Counted from the stretch's first letter, positions 30,802-41,869 are shown. The stretch: 64,000 nt of DNA from Candidatus Bathyarchaeota archaeon (GCA_963733095.1 CAVTBV010000013.1:256001-320000), one strand, 5' to 3'. Numbers and translations are program-made. Notes: generated from the sequence alone by a model not told the origin.

Positions 30802-31871
30802 AAAAGAATACTCCCAACTTTCTAAAACGCTTCAAGACAAACCGTAAAGGAACCGCAGAGGTTATAGGCACAGTCCTCTTTATTATAATCCTACTTTTTG
30901 CGTTTAGCAACATCTATCTTTGGCATGATACTCAAATCAAAACAATGAACAACCTACTATCAGACAAACTAAACTCCCAAATAGAAGTTCACTGGCTACT
31001 TGACGAAAATGGCAAGGATACTTCTACCCTAGCTGTTACAAATACTGGTGGCACAAGTACCACATTATCTAGACTTTGGATAGTTACTAATTCAGGCATC
31101 CATCGATATGCTGATCTGGAGAGTACAAGCGGAAATTCTTTTAGCATTGGCGCTGGAAATACAGCGACAATCCTTTTAAGTGGAACTACATCACAAATTG
31201 ATCCCATCCCTACATCTTGGAGTGGCTCAACCGCTACCGTGTCCTTAAATAAAGCTGACGGAGAGACATTTACCGTTCTTACAACTCTTGGGAATATGGC
31301 ATCTCCTCAAGGAACTTTAAAAGTCATTAACCAAATTGGAGGCGATGGCGGACCTGGAAACGATATATCTCCAGTTGGATCAGTAATTGTGGCGGATTTT
31401 TCATCATTTACCTATTATCCGGTCACTTCGTCCTCAATAGGTTCCCCTACGAACGGATACAACATTGATTCAAACGCGGCAAATGTTGCTTTCAGTGTCG
31501 TTCTTACTAACCATGACGAGAACCAACGAAATATAGCCTTAAACTATAATAGTCAAATGTTTTTCATCAACACAAAGAACCCGAACAATGTTGGATACCT
31601 TATTTTCTACACTGTTAACGTAAATAACGGCGTCATCTCACCCACTTATTCAAACGTGAATTTGGAATATGGCAAACCAACCACTGTATATTTTGCTTCC
31701 GCAAATGCTATTGTCGGGTCTTCACATTATACGGCTAAAAACTTGGTAACCTCGGGAAGCAAAGCCGACCCAGGTGTTTATCCGTTAAATCTTGCATTGC
31801 TTGGATCTTTCAGTGATGGTAGCGTTTTAGGACAGAATATACCCTTTGTGTCTGTTTATGTAAACAGTTAA
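30795..31871 (+). CDS. Large pilin-like protein
   Basis: KG/TAEVIGTVLFIIIL class III signal peptide; NTGG..LSRLWI; LTTLGN; S/T/N-rich C-terminal domain. Confidence 0.82.
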   Translation: MVKKNTPNFLKRFKTNRKGTAEVIGTVLFIIILLFAFSNIYLWHDTQIKTMNNLLSDKLNSQIEVHWLLDENGKDTSTLAVTNTGGTSTTLSRLWIVTNSGIHRYADLESTSGNSFSIGAGNTATILLSGTTSQIDPIPTSWSGSTATVSLNKADGETFTVLTTLGNMASPQGTLKVINQIGGDGGPGNDISPVGSVIVADFSSFTYYPVTSSSIGSPTNGYNIDSNAANVAFSVVLTNHDENQRNIALNYNSQMFFINTKNPNNVGYLIFYTVNVNNGVISPTYSNVNLEYGKPTTVYFASANAIVGSSHYTAKNLVTSGSKADPGVYPLNLALLGSFSDGSVLGQNIPFVSVYVNS

Positions 31872-32683
31872 CATTTTTTCCTTTTTATTCTCGGCAAAAT
31901 TTTAACGCTGATTAAATTCAGTGTTTGAATTAAATCTTATTTGTGTTTTTGCTTTCGTCGTTTCCAAAAATAGAATGCTTGATACCCTAAAGTTTCTGAC
32001 TACTTTTGTAATATTCACTTTTTGTTAGGTAGGCTGGTAAGCTTTGAATTTCTTTTTTCTGCCTCTCGAAATCACTCGCATATAATGTTGGAAAAGTAGG
32101 TTCCACAATTGCTTTCATTTGTAATGGGTTAAAATTAACTAACACTTATATTGGTCAAAATTTTTTTTGGAAAAAAGACACACGATTCAGATGTAGTCCT
32201 GAAAAATCTTGGTTCAAATATGTTTTTGTGATTCAGATTCCGGTTTCATAAAGCTTTAGAGTTGTATCTTTGTTATTTATTGAAATGGGTTCAGAGAGAA
32301 ATGCAATTGATGGTTCGCCATCACCTTTTGCATCTTCAAGACCACTCTGAACCCACCCTTCTTAACATTTATTTTTTTAGAAATTAGAAATCCAAGTCTC
32401 TTTCCATTATCCTACTATTGATTGCATAAGTATCTTTTTGACAACTGAATGTTTTCTTTTGGTGAATAGATTTAGGGTCGTCCTGGTACTGCTTGCCCTT
32501 TCAGGGTACATTTGAAAACAACTACGCACAATTCATTCTAATCTTCCATTTGACATCGACAAGTGAAACTTGGGTTTAAACTCAAAAATTTACTTAAAGC
32601 GAAAAGAAACGAAAAGAAATTAAAAATTAGTTCTGAACGTCAATTAATATTAAGAATAAACTATTTGTGGATCAACTATTCTT

Positions 32684-32821
32684 TTAGGAATTAGCAACCT
32701 CTTCCCCTTTGAGTTCGGGATGATACCACCGCCTAATTGCCTCAGTAACCTTTTCTGAACAACCATGATCAGGTAATTTGCTAAAAACCTGCTCACAATC
32801 ATCGCTTTCGTCTGAAACCAT
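32684..32821 (-). CDS. Small hypothetical protein (45 aa)
   Basis: Manual translation MVSDESDDCEQVFSKLPDHGCSEKVTEAIRRWYHPELKGEEVANS; TTTATATA box ~25 nt upstream. Confidence 0.45.
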   Translation of the reverse strand: MVSDESDDCEQVFSKLPDHGCSEKVTEAIRRWYHPELKGEEVANS

Positions 32822-33006
32822 ACTTTTTCTTTAATTCCAATTTTATATAAATGTTCTGTGTTTTTACTTATTTTGTAGATTTGTTTAACACTAATACAGT
32901 ATGGTTTCGGTTAAGATGTTTTCAATTTATTTTTTAAAGGCCAACTTATAACATAGTCTCCAAGACTGTTAACTTGAACTCATGAAGTGCGTTCCTAAGA
33001 AGAGAT

Positions 33007-34206
33007 TTAATCAACTCTTTTTCGTTTTTCTCCTTTCCCTTCATTTCTTATTAGGGGTTTTTTGACTTTTATTGCGGCTGTAACTGCAATAGTTGCTATC
33101 ACTGCAATCGTTGCAATGATTGAAGCATTGTATGGGCTTGACGGATTTTGTACTGTAGTTGAGGTTGGGGTGGGTGTAGGATTTGGCGATTCTTGTATCA
33201 AGTTGATGGGTGGTAAACTCAAAGAACTATAGATATTTGAACTGTAGTAACTTGTGGATATTCCGTGTCTGAAGGTGCTCAAAGTATTTGAATCAACAAC
33301 TGTCCAGCTTGCACTTGGCATTTCCCATATGGCAAATGCTTTGATGTATGAAAATTCTGTTGGTAACTCTTTGAAGAAGTTGCTCCACCATGCTGGAGTG
33401 TTGCTTCCTGAGTAGCCAAGTTCTGGCAACATAACAGGTTTGTTTGGGGCAACAGTTCGTATGTTGTTTAGTTCAGGTTGGCATGCTGAAGAAAAAGATT
33501 GTCCTGTAGAACAATAGATATCTGTTCCGACCCAATCTACATAATTGTCTCCTGGATACAAAGATTGCAATGTGCTTACTGAATCGTCGACATCTGCTGG
33601 ACACCAAATCCAACTTATGTTTGTTCCGCCTGCTGCCCTAACTTTGTCAACTATGTATTGCCATGCTTGAACAAATAATGCTGGAGTGTTACCATTCCCC
33701 CAAGGATAATAACCATATCCTGGATTTTGGGCATTGTTATCAGTCCACGGACCAGTGAATTCCCACATTAAACGTACAAAATATGGGTGTCCCCATGCAG
33801 CTGATGCTTGACCCCAAGCTGTCAAATAAGCATCTTCTTTTCCGTCTAGAATACTTTGTAAATTAACAAAGTTCGGGTCGCCATCACTTGCTTCTGGTGC
33901 CCAGCTAACCATTGGGATAGCTCCATGCTGTCTGCATCTGTTCATTAAAGCGGTATCAAATGTTGGAACGTTATCACTGTCCTGCGGTCTATTCCAGAGT
34001 TGAATCCAGTTCCAAATTGAAACACTTTTTCCAACTTGGCTTTCAAAAGTAGTAAGCAAACTGTAGTTACCGATATGCGAATCCCCAACCCATGCTCCCC
34101 AGAAGATCTGGTTTGTGCTAGCTGAAACATTTAAGACCAAAAACGGAGAGAAAACTAAAAGAACAACCAAAGCAACAACTAAGACTTTTCTTTGCATGAT
34201 CTTCAA
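33007..34206 (-). CDS. Glycoside hydrolase family 26, cell-anchored
   Basis: RLMWEF (acid/base), YPGDNYVDWVGTD, KPVMLPELG (nucleophile); signal peptide and C-terminal TM helix. Confidence 0.88.
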   Translation of the reverse strand: MKIMQRKVLVVALVVLLVFSPFLVLNVSASTNQIFWGAWVGDSHIGNYSLLTTFESQVGKSVSIWNWIQLWNRPQDSDNVPTFDTALMNRCRQHGAIPMVSWAPEASDGDPNFVNLQSILDGKEDAYLTAWGQASAAWGHPYFVRLMWEFTGPWTDNNAQNPGYGYYPWGNGNTPALFVQAWQYIVDKVRAAGGTNISWIWCPADVDDSVSTLQSLYPGDNYVDWVGTDIYCSTGQSFSSACQPELNNIRTVAPNKPVMLPELGYSGSNTPAWWSNFFKELPTEFSYIKAFAIWEMPSASWTVVDSNTLSTFRHGISTSYYSSNIYSSLSLPPINLIQESPNPTPTPTSTTVQNPSSPYNASIIATIAVIATIAVTAAIKVKKPLIRNEGKGEKRKRVD

Positions 34207-34422
34207 GAAACATTACATCGCGCATTCCTTATTGTAGCTTTTTGCAAAAAATAGAGATTCAACCATGAATTGACTTTGTTGACATCGTTTGCCCTTCTGA
34301 AGAAGAAAGGGATAAATTGTCTTAGGGGATACTTGATAAGTGAGTTTTTGGTAGAAGAAAGTGTCTTTCTCAAAAATGATTAATGTAATTAAAATAAATA
34401 GATAGAGGACGATTGAACGATC

Positions 34423-34896
34423 TTGAAACCAAATAAGGAAGAAAATGAGATTATTGTTGAAGTAACAGAACATATCAGAAAGAGGTATTTTAAACATAAA
34501 CCTGTTACATTCGAGGTTTTTGAACCCTTAACTCCTGAGTGGAAAAACGAATTCAAGTATCCTGCTGGAGGATACGCTTGGGGTGACAACTGGTCAAACC
34601 AGGTTATTCACCTAACAAGATGCCAAGACAAAAAAGCATTCTACGAACTTGTATTCCACGAAATTTATCGATTGAACACACCAGAAGGTCATGAAGAGAT
34701 CTTTCCCAAAGAAAGACGCTATATTGAAGAGAAATTCGGAGTCAAATTTGATAAGTGGTTGCCGCTTCAAGACGAAATAATTAGAACCCTCTACAACGTA
34801 GATAGAAAAATGCTAAATGATAGCTTAAAGAATTGTGGGGAACAATCGAGAACAATGGAAGAAATAGAGCAACGAGCAAAAGAGCTGTCGCTTTAA
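34423..34896 (+). CDS. Hypothetical protein (possible zincin-like; HE motif)
   Basis: 157-aa ORF with LVFHEIY...EGH; the HExxH motif is incomplete. Confidence 0.55.
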   Translation: MKPNKEENEIIVEVTEHIRKRYFKHKPVTFEVFEPLTPEWKNEFKYPAGGYAWGDNWSNQVIHLTRCQDKKAFYELVFHEIYRLNTPEGHEEIFPKERRYIEEKFGVKFDKWLPLQDEIIRTLYNVDRKMLNDSLKNCGEQSRTMEEIEQRAKELSL

Positions 34897-35020
34897 TTTT
34901 TTAAGTTTTTTTATTAGCGTTATCATTCTCCAAGTTAAGCAGGTATTCCGATTAGTGCGGATTGAACCTACCCAAATACCCATTTGATGGTTTTGGCAAA
35001 CTTCAAAAAGCATAATGACG

Positions 35021-35317
35021 TCACGGGATATATTCTGTAACAAGCTTCTCTGTTTGTTCATCAGACAGATAATCTGACAGATACATATGAATGATTTCTC
35101 TCAAAGCGGTCCTTCGCAGTTCCTTGTTGTATTTGTTATTCGATGAATTGTTGATTCCGCTATTTTGGTTGTTGATGTCGCTGCATGGATTGTTGAGGTC
35201 ATAGTTTGGGTTATATAAGTCACTTTTTGGATTATTTAGGTAGCTGTTTGGATTGGTGTCTTGAGTCTTCAATTGTTTGACAATTTGTCTGAATAGATAA
35301 CCAATCGTAATCGGCAT
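35021..35317 (-). CDS. Small protein with Asn-rich heptad repeats
   Basis: LNNPKSD/LYNPNYD/LNNPCSD/INNQNSG/INNSSNN; AGGAG upstream. Confidence 0.55.
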   Translation of the reverse strand: MPITIGYLFRQIVKQLKTQDTNPNSYLNNPKSDLYNPNYDLNNPCSDINNQNSGINNSSNNKYNKELRRTALREIIHMYLSDYLSDEQTEKLVTEYIP

Positions 35318-35783
35318 AAAAGTTCTCCTTGTTAATGATTATCTAAGGTGAATCATTCTTATTAGTCTATAATGCTTGATTTTAGGTCCTATTTTTTTAA
35401 GGCAATTTTCTCGTGACAGCGGTTGGTTAGTCCAACCAATTACGTTACCCATTTTATTTTATGATTATATTTCTGTACTAATTGTTTGGGCCCTGGTAGT
35501 GTGTTATTTGCTATCTGGGTTTGAAGGTTAACTATTTGGTCATTCAAGGTTTGGATCTGGTTGTTTTTGCTGTTCATTTCAGAATAATAAGTTATTATTG
35601 AAAAATTTAATGCTCTAAAGTTGCAACGCAGAGTATGCATAGAGGTATTGCAACTTTTCCTTTTACTTTGGGTGGTTGCGGCTTAAGAATTTCTCTTTTT
35701 TGTTAATTTTATTTAATTGAGATAAGTGTCTTTTGGAATATTGTTCAATGTAATGTATCTAATGTGGTGGTTAGTTGATTATC

Positions 35784-36911
35784 CTATCCTTTTACTTGGA
35801 TCTTCATTGGTCTACTTGCGTTTATTCCGTTAATGATCCATTCGCCAGGTGCTAGAGTTGGAAGAGTATTCGCTGGTCCTGCCATGTTTGTGAGGTATTC
35901 AATGTCTTCTTTATTGGTTGTTTTTCCAATTATTTGGTAACCCGTTTGAGATAGTATTTTTCCTCCAAGCTCAGCTGGATTGACTGTTAAGAGGCAGACT
36001 GAAATGCCTGTTTTTCTTCCCTCAGCGACCAGTTGGTTTAGTATTTCTCTTTTTAGATTTTCAGCTTCTTCGATAATTAAGAATAGCGGCTTGATTTGTT
36101 CTTCTGATCTCAGTTTAAGCAAAAGCTGCAGAGATTCGAGGTAAAAGGATCGTTTTTCTTCAGTTGTTAATCCGTGAGCGTTTAAAACAGTTAATTGACC
36201 CTTCTTTACTTCTTTATCCAGAGTATCTCGCTGAGTTTTGAGGTTGATTTCTATTTTTTTTGCAGAAGGGTTTGAGATGTCTGAATATTCGTTGTATGGG
36301 TCAAAGATGATTATTTGTGTGGACGTTTTTCCAAGGATTTCTTGTACCAATAACTTGGCAATGTGTGTTTTGCCCGCTCCGGAATTGCCTGTAATTATTG
36401 AGTGTTTAGAAATTAAGTCTTGTGCATCTAAGAAACATTTTATTATTCCTTTGTTTTCTTGGTCTTCGGCTGAAGAATTCTTAAATCCTCCAATTTCAAT
36501 TGGGGTTTTGAAGGTTTCTCCTTTAATGTGTCTGTTTAAAATATCCTCGAGAAATGTTTTAAAGGGTACATAAACGCGGCAGCCAGGCTTAGGTGGGACT
36601 AAAACTTCGCACAACGGTTTGTTGTCATTTCTCAAATCTATGTATCCCTCGATTTCTGCTGTTGCTAACATTTTACCCATTTTGTCGCCCATGGTTGAAC
36701 CGGCAACTTCTTCGTAACTGGTTATTTCTGTGATAACCGCTAAAACTGGGCATGCTTCGCCAAAGAGGGGGTGGTCGATAAGAACATAGTCGTGTTTTTC
36801 AACGCTCCCCCGGTTCTTTGGGGGACTAACTAGAAAACTGAATTGCCCTGTATGAGTATCGTTTGATACTAGTCCATAATGTTCCCTTATGCGAACGCTT
36901 GATAGATCCAT
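35784..36911 (-). CDS. HerA-like (DUF87) ATPase with N-terminal HAS-barrel-like domain
   Basis: H..ITGNSGAGKT, IFDPYNEY, IIEEAE and EGRKTG motifs. Confidence 0.82.
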   Translation of the reverse strand: MDLSSVRIREHYGLVSNDTHTGQFSFLVSPPKNRGSVEKHDYVLIDHPLFGEACPVLAVITEITSYEEVAGSTMGDKMGKMLATAEIEGYIDLRNDNKPLCEVLVPPKPGCRVYVPFKTFLEDILNRHIKGETFKTPIEIGGFKNSSAEDQENKGIIKCFLDAQDLISKHSIITGNSGAGKTHIAKLLVQEILGKTSTQIIIFDPYNEYSDISNPSAKKIEINLKTQRDTLDKEVKKGQLTVLNAHGLTTEEKRSFYLESLQLLLKLRSEEQIKPLFLIIEEAENLKREILNQLVAEGRKTGISVCLLTVNPAELGGKILSQTGYQIIGKTTNKEDIEYLTNMAGPANTLPTLAPGEWIINGINASRPMKIQVKG

Positions 36912-37048
36912 AGATGTAACCTCTCGCTTGACATCTTATTGAGGCGTAGTGAATTTGAATTTATCGGAAATTCATAGAATGGAATATTCCAACATTTGAA
37001 ATACGCCTTAAAAACCAAACTAACGTAGGTTGCTTGGAAATGACTTAG

Positions 37049-37618
37049 ATGGCGGAGACTCCCGGTTCGAAAGACAAATACTTTGAAGCTTTAGATTTTA
37101 TAATCAACGTTTTGAAGGAGCATGAGCAGATTCTGGACAGGTCGATTCATGAATTGGCAACCGTTACTGAACAGATGGGGAATTCAGACGCATTAGAAGG
37201 CAAAGTGGAAAAGGTTGAGGAAAAAATCAACCTCCTGCAGAAACAGGTAACAAACTTGGCTCGCTACTTCTCAAGTGCATCAAAAGAAGCCCTGCAAACA
37301 GCGGTAAAGAAAATGGAGCCGCCATTTCAGGTGTTACCCACCGTTTCACAGCCGACAGTTCAGCTCGGAGCCTCAGTGGTTTTGAACTGTAAACAGTGGG
37401 TGGATTTTCAGGCCTTGGCGATGCATGCCCAAACGTTATCTTTTAGCTTTAATGAGGTGGAGAAGACGTTCCAGGCTGATGCGCTTAAGGGAAACCAATT
37501 AGTCACTTATACAGGTGCTCTTCCAAGCATTTCAGCGATTCTGAGAACATGGTTATCTATTCATATGGGTATGTCTGAGAGGAATATTTTGGAAGGTTCC
37601 TTGGGTAAACCAAAATAA
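37049..37618 (+). CDS. Hypothetical coiled-coil protein
   Basis: EALDFIINVLKEHE..LD plus a heptad pattern. Confidence 0.7.
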   Translation: MAETPGSKDKYFEALDFIINVLKEHEQILDRSIHELATVTEQMGNSDALEGKVEKVEEKINLLQKQVTNLARYFSSASKEALQTAVKKMEPPFQVLPTVSQPTVQLGASVVLNCKQWVDFQALAMHAQTLSFSFNEVEKTFQADALKGNQLVTYTGALPSISAILRTWLSIHMGMSERNILEGSLGKPK

Positions 37619-37741
37619 TTTAACTTTATTTGAAAAATTTTTTTGTGACTATTTCTACATGTTATAAATTTTTATAAAGGTTAGCGCCTGACTCGAAGTT
37701 TAATCAGAGTCAAGAAATCAGACTTAGGTTGGGTATCAAAA

Positions 37742-38035
37742 ATGGAGAAGGCAATCACCACCAAAACAGTCCCTACAGAAGATAACGAAAAACTTCGACA
37801 AATGTACGTGAAGGTAGTTGGCTCAAATCAAATCTACCTCAAAAAAGGCTACATAAAATGCCCCGAATGCGGCGAAGAAATCCTCGTAGTTCCCGCCTTA
37901 AAAAAGATGAATGAAGCAATCGAAAACCACGTCCAACAACACAAAGCGCAAACAGCGCCCAATCTTCTGGTTAAGTACACCAAACCGATCTGCATTCGTT
38001 TGGCTTTAGCGCAGCAGATTCTGTGTAGACTTTAA
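37742..38035 (+). CDS. Small C2H2-like Zn-finger protein
   Basis: CPECG...IENHVQQH. Confidence 0.7.
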   Translation: MEKAITTKTVPTEDNEKLRQMYVKVVGSNQIYLKKGYIKCPECGEEILVVPALKKMNEAIENHVQQHKAQTAPNLLVKYTKPICIRLALAQQILCRL

Positions 38036-38130
38036 TGTGGCTTGAAGCTCTTGAAATAAAATACCTGTTGGGTCTGCGGGGTTTTGAAGCTATTCAGGTA
38101 GCCACAGAGCTACCGGTTGCATGTTTACGA

Positions 38131-38145
38131 TAGAACATTACTCCA
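38131..38145 (+). promoter_or_regulatory. Shared pilin-promoter palindrome (copy 2)
   Basis: TAGAACATTACTCCA, ~6 nt before TTTAAATA. Confidence 0.65.
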
Positions 38146-38208
38146 TGGCTTTTTAAATAACATTACAAGCTAGTTAGCGCCCAGAAAAAATAAACAATAA
38201 AATGAGGG

Positions 38209-39519
38209 ATGGAGACAATTAATTTTAAAAAACCTACCTTTAAAAAAACCAGAATAAATAATTTCCCGCGATCTTTTAAAGCGATATCGCCCGTAATAGC
38301 AACCCTTTTAATGATAACCATTGTGGTTGTTGCCTCCCTTGTAGTCTATGCTTGGGTAAATGGCTACATGGGTTTTCAAACCAGCAAAACAGGAAAAGCC
38401 ATCGATATCCCAAGTGTGGCATTAGCCAGTGATGGTTTGCATGTTTATGTGCAGAATGTAGGGCAATCAGATGTGACTCTTGGCGCAGTATATGTGAACG
38501 GTGAACAGAAAAATTTTACACCTGACCCGAATTACTCCACCAACGTCCTGCCCATAGGCGAGACAGCCAACATTCTTGTAGACAGCTCGTACGCTGACTC
38601 TGCCAAATTAAACATCAAGGTAACAACAACCGACGGCACCTTTATGACAAAAACCGAAACTGTAACTACTGGTTCAGAAAATCCGAACCCCACCAACTCC
38701 GCAGACAACACATCTCCCATACTTTCAGCCATCAGCGACCAAACCGTCGACGAATTAAGCGAGTTATCCTTCACAGCCACTGCAACTGACTCCGACCTAC
38801 CAGCCAATACCTTAACCTACAGCCTAATCAATGCCCCTTCAGGCGCCAGCGTCGACCCCAACTCAGGCGTATTCACATGGATCCCCACCGCAGCTCAAGG
38901 ACCAGGCGACTACTCATTTACCGTAAGAGTTACCGACAACGGCTCTCCTACAATGTATGCTGAACAAACCGTGAATGTACATGTAAACGAAGTAGATAGC
39001 ACACCCCAAACGATTACGCTTCGTCCAAACGCAGCAGGAAGCTCAACCCACCTAGACAGTCAAGGCACTTCTCCAAACTATTCCTGCGTCAACGAAGTTC
39101 CCGACAACACCAACTACTATGTCCGCGGCACCTCCAGCGATAACTGGCAACAAGACAGCTACAACATCCCAGACCAAACCCTATCAGGGAATATAAACTG
39201 CGTAACAGTGCACATAATAGTCCAAAAATCAGGCTCAAGCACCGACAGCCACCTTGACGCATACAGCATAATTAGACTAAATGGCGGAACAATGAAAACT
39301 GGGCAAAGCCATGACCTAACGAGCACGTGGACAGAATACTCCGATTCGTACACAACAAAGCCCACTGAGCTTGGCGGCGGAGCTTGGACATGGAACGACA
39401 TTAACGCTTTGCAGATTGGAGTGGGTTTGAGGTCTCATGATGCTGGATGGGGTTGGTGGCATGATTGGACTTATGCCCGATGCACTCAAGTCTGGGTAGA
39501 AATCAACTATACAAATTAG
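38209..39519 (+). CDS. Pilin fused to a cadherin/putative-Ig domain and a Trp-rich C-terminal domain
   Basis: KA/ISPVIA pilin N-terminus; ATDSD...LTYSL..APSGA..D..SG.FTW.P...G.Y.FTVRVTD.G. Confidence 0.88.
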   Translation: METINFKKPTFKKTRINNFPRSFKAISPVIATLLMITIVVVASLVVYAWVNGYMGFQTSKTGKAIDIPSVALASDGLHVYVQNVGQSDVTLGAVYVNGEQKNFTPDPNYSTNVLPIGETANILVDSSYADSAKLNIKVTTTDGTFMTKTETVTTGSENPNPTNSADNTSPILSAISDQTVDELSELSFTATATDSDLPANTLTYSLINAPSGASVDPNSGVFTWIPTAAQGPGDYSFTVRVTDNGSPTMYAEQTVNVHVNEVDSTPQTITLRPNAAGSSTHLDSQGTSPNYSCVNEVPDNTNYYVRGTSSDNWQQDSYNIPDQTLSGNINCVTVHIIVQKSGSSTDSHLDAYSIIRLNGGTMKTGQSHDLTSTWTEYSDSYTTKPTELGGGAWTWNDINALQIGVGLRSHDAGWGWWHDWTYARCTQVWVEINYTN

Positions 39520-39710
39520 TTAACTACCCTCTGCTCCTTTTTTCTATGCCAATTTTATTTTTTTCAGAGTTAGATGATAGAAATTATTTTTTTACTCAAA
39601 CCTTATCAGTTTTTATTTGGGTTTAAGAACTAGAATATTGTTCCATGATTCTTGTATGACATTTTTATTCTAACTAACCCTAATTGGGTAAACTAGTTAT
39701 AAAATATAAG
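39372..39710 (+). repeat. Direct repeat copy A (pilin 3' end plus downstream intergenic sequence)
   Basis: Matches 42169-42500; 39380-39469 is identical to 42176-42265. Confidence 0.85.
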
Positions 39711-39874
39711 TGAAATTGTTTGTTTTTAAGAAAATATCCTCGATTCCTACTATATCATATTGAATTTGTCGCTATGATGTTCTGAAATAGAGTGTAGTGA
39801 AAGCATCTTGTCTGTAAATAGGAAGCCAACACACTGTGCTCGTCCTCACGTCTTAACTAAGCATACACAATGCA

Positions 39875-40054
39875 TTATTGTGACTTTTTTACCTTTTTCA
39901 TGAGTTCAAAATCATAGTCTTTCTTCAAATAAGCAATACAATATTCAATGGCATGGCTCATTGAAGCGAACGTTCTCTCCTCAGAGTCCACTTCACCCTT
40001 GAGCCAATCATAGAGTTCTTGGTCTATACTGATTGCGATTTTCTTTTTTGTCAT
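39875..40054 (-). CDS. Ribbon-helix-helix protein (59 aa, below track cut-off)
   Basis: Manual translation MTKKKIAISIDQELYDWLKGEVDSEERTFASMSHAIEYCIAYLKK...; divergent from the glutamate synthase gene. Confidence 0.75.
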   Translation of the reverse strand: MTKKKIAISIDQELYDWLKGEVDSEERTFASMSHAIEYCIAYLKKDYDFELMKKVKKSQ

Positions 40055-40211
40055 TAACCGTCAAACTACAATATTTAATCAGAACGCACTTAAATGTTTA
40101 TACGACTAGGTAATACTGAGGATTGATAAGGGTTAAATAATCATACTTAGTACTACAATTAACTACGTAGTCGTCAGAAAAAGATGGAGAAAAGAGTGGA
40201 GATAAAACAAA

Positions 40212-41822
40212 ATGAGTGAACGTATACATAAAAACGGTTCGTACCTTAATGGAAAATCAACGGTGGGAACAAACACGCGCCTCAAAGACACAAGCACAAT
40301 CAGCGGCATGTGTCCTATCTGCATTCGAGACTGTCCAGTGGTCTGCGAAATCAGCCTATCAGCGTTCAGAGGAAGAGAAGCACTCTACCCAGAACCAGCA
40401 CAGTTCGGAACAAGTACTGCAGGAGCCCTGAAGGATTTCGGTTTAGATTGGTCACATTTCAATATACAAGCAGGACTTTTTGACGCACAAGGCATACCAG
40501 AAACTTCAGAAGATGCAATATTTCCAAATGCAAACACAGAAACAATTGTAGGTGGAATGCCACTCAAGCTTCCAATACTGACAGGCGCTTTCGGCTCAAC
40601 AGAAGTTGCGCGTGAAAATTGGGATGGACTGGCAATTGGAGCAGCACTCGCGGGTGTATCGGTGACAATAGGTGAAAACATTGCGGGCATGGATGTGGCA
40701 GCTACCTTTACAAATGGAAAAATTACCCATTCGCCCGAGTTGAAAAGAAGGGTTGATTCTTTTAGAAAATTCTGGGACAAAGAATACGGAGATGTCATAG
40801 TACAGACAAACGTTGAAGACCAAAGATTAGGTATAGATTCATATGCTTTATCAAAATTGGAAGTAAACATTATAGAGCGTAAATGGGGTCAAGGTGCCAA
40901 AGCTATAGGCGGCGAAGTGCGCCTTAAAGATCTGCAGAAAGCTATTCTGCTAAAGAAACGTGGCTATATTGTAATCCCCGATCCAGAGGATCCAGTGGTA
41001 CAGCAGGCGTTCCATGAAGGAGTATTTAACACTTTTGAACGTCACAGCAGAGTTGGTATACCAAAAGAGAAACCCTTCATAGAAGACATTGAGTGGCTAC
41101 GCGAACAGGGCGCTAAAAAAGTATTCCTAAAGACAGGGGCGTATAGACCCTCAGCTGTTGCTTATACAATGAAATTTGCTTCTGAAGCCAAAATTGATGC
41201 TTTAAGCTTAGACGGTGCGGGCGGGGGAACAGGCATGAGTCCAGTTCCGATGATGGACGAAATGAGTATTCCAACACTGTATCTACAAACACTGGTGCTA
41301 CAATGCGCACAAGTGCTTAAAAGTAAAGGAAAACATGTTCCAGACTTGATTATGGCAGGTGGTTTCATAGAGGAAACTAGCATATTCAAGACCATCGCAC
41401 TGAGCAACTTCGGCGAAGGACCACTTGTCAAAGCGGTTTTAATGGGGCGCTCGCCGATTACAGCCGCTATGAAGTCAAGCTACTTCAAACAACTCGCAGC
41501 TGAAGGCAAGTTACCTAATCAATTTGCCGCCAAATTTGGTGCAACACCAGACAAGTTCTTTATCGCAACACCAGAACTCAAAACAAAATATGGTCCACGC
41601 TTCAGTGAAATTCCTTTAGAAAGCATTGGCGTTTATACATACTTAACTGACAGAATCGGGGTTGGATTAAAACAGTTGATGGCAGGCAATCGAAAATGGA
41701 ACCTAAACTTGCTAAACCGAGGCGACCTAATGAGCTTAAGCAGCATTGCCCAACAAGTGACAGGTATCCCCTTAGCGCATGAAGTTGAAAACGACGTAGT
41801 CAGAAAAATCCTTGACTACTAG
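40212..41822 (+). CDS. FMN-binding glutamate synthase family protein
   Basis: MCPICIRDC...CE cysteine cluster, KWGQGAKAIGGE, DGAGGGTGMSP, AGGF. Confidence 0.88.
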   Translation: MSERIHKNGSYLNGKSTVGTNTRLKDTSTISGMCPICIRDCPVVCEISLSAFRGREALYPEPAQFGTSTAGALKDFGLDWSHFNIQAGLFDAQGIPETSEDAIFPNANTETIVGGMPLKLPILTGAFGSTEVARENWDGLAIGAALAGVSVTIGENIAGMDVAATFTNGKITHSPELKRRVDSFRKFWDKEYGDVIVQTNVEDQRLGIDSYALSKLEVNIIERKWGQGAKAIGGEVRLKDLQKAILLKKRGYIVIPDPEDPVVQQAFHEGVFNTFERHSRVGIPKEKPFIEDIEWLREQGAKKVFLKTGAYRPSAVAYTMKFASEAKIDALSLDGAGGGTGMSPVPMMDEMSIPTLYLQTLVLQCAQVLKSKGKHVPDLIMAGGFIEETSIFKTIALSNFGEGPLVKAVLMGRSPITAAMKSSYFKQLAAEGKLPNQFAAKFGATPDKFFIATPELKTKYGPRFSEIPLESIGVYTYLTDRIGVGLKQLMAGNRKWNLNLLNRGDLMSLSSIAQQVTGIPLAHEVENDVVRKILDY

Positions 41823-41869
41823 TTCCTTCTCTTCTTCTCTTTTTATCTAAATAAAGGGGGATTATTTGA

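Noticed and set aside
26434-31871. Archaellum operon
   Set aside because: No recognisable FlaF/G/J or chemotaxis genes; two short PilC-like genes and the pilin motifs fit an adhesive type IV pilus.
32020-32560. Possible decayed gene on the minus strand
   Set aside because: Short protein-like stretches interrupted by stops, with no family recognisable by eye.
35440-35640. 66-aa ORF with a coiled-coil-like segment
   Set aside because: It looks like a fragment with no credible start or family; left unannotated.
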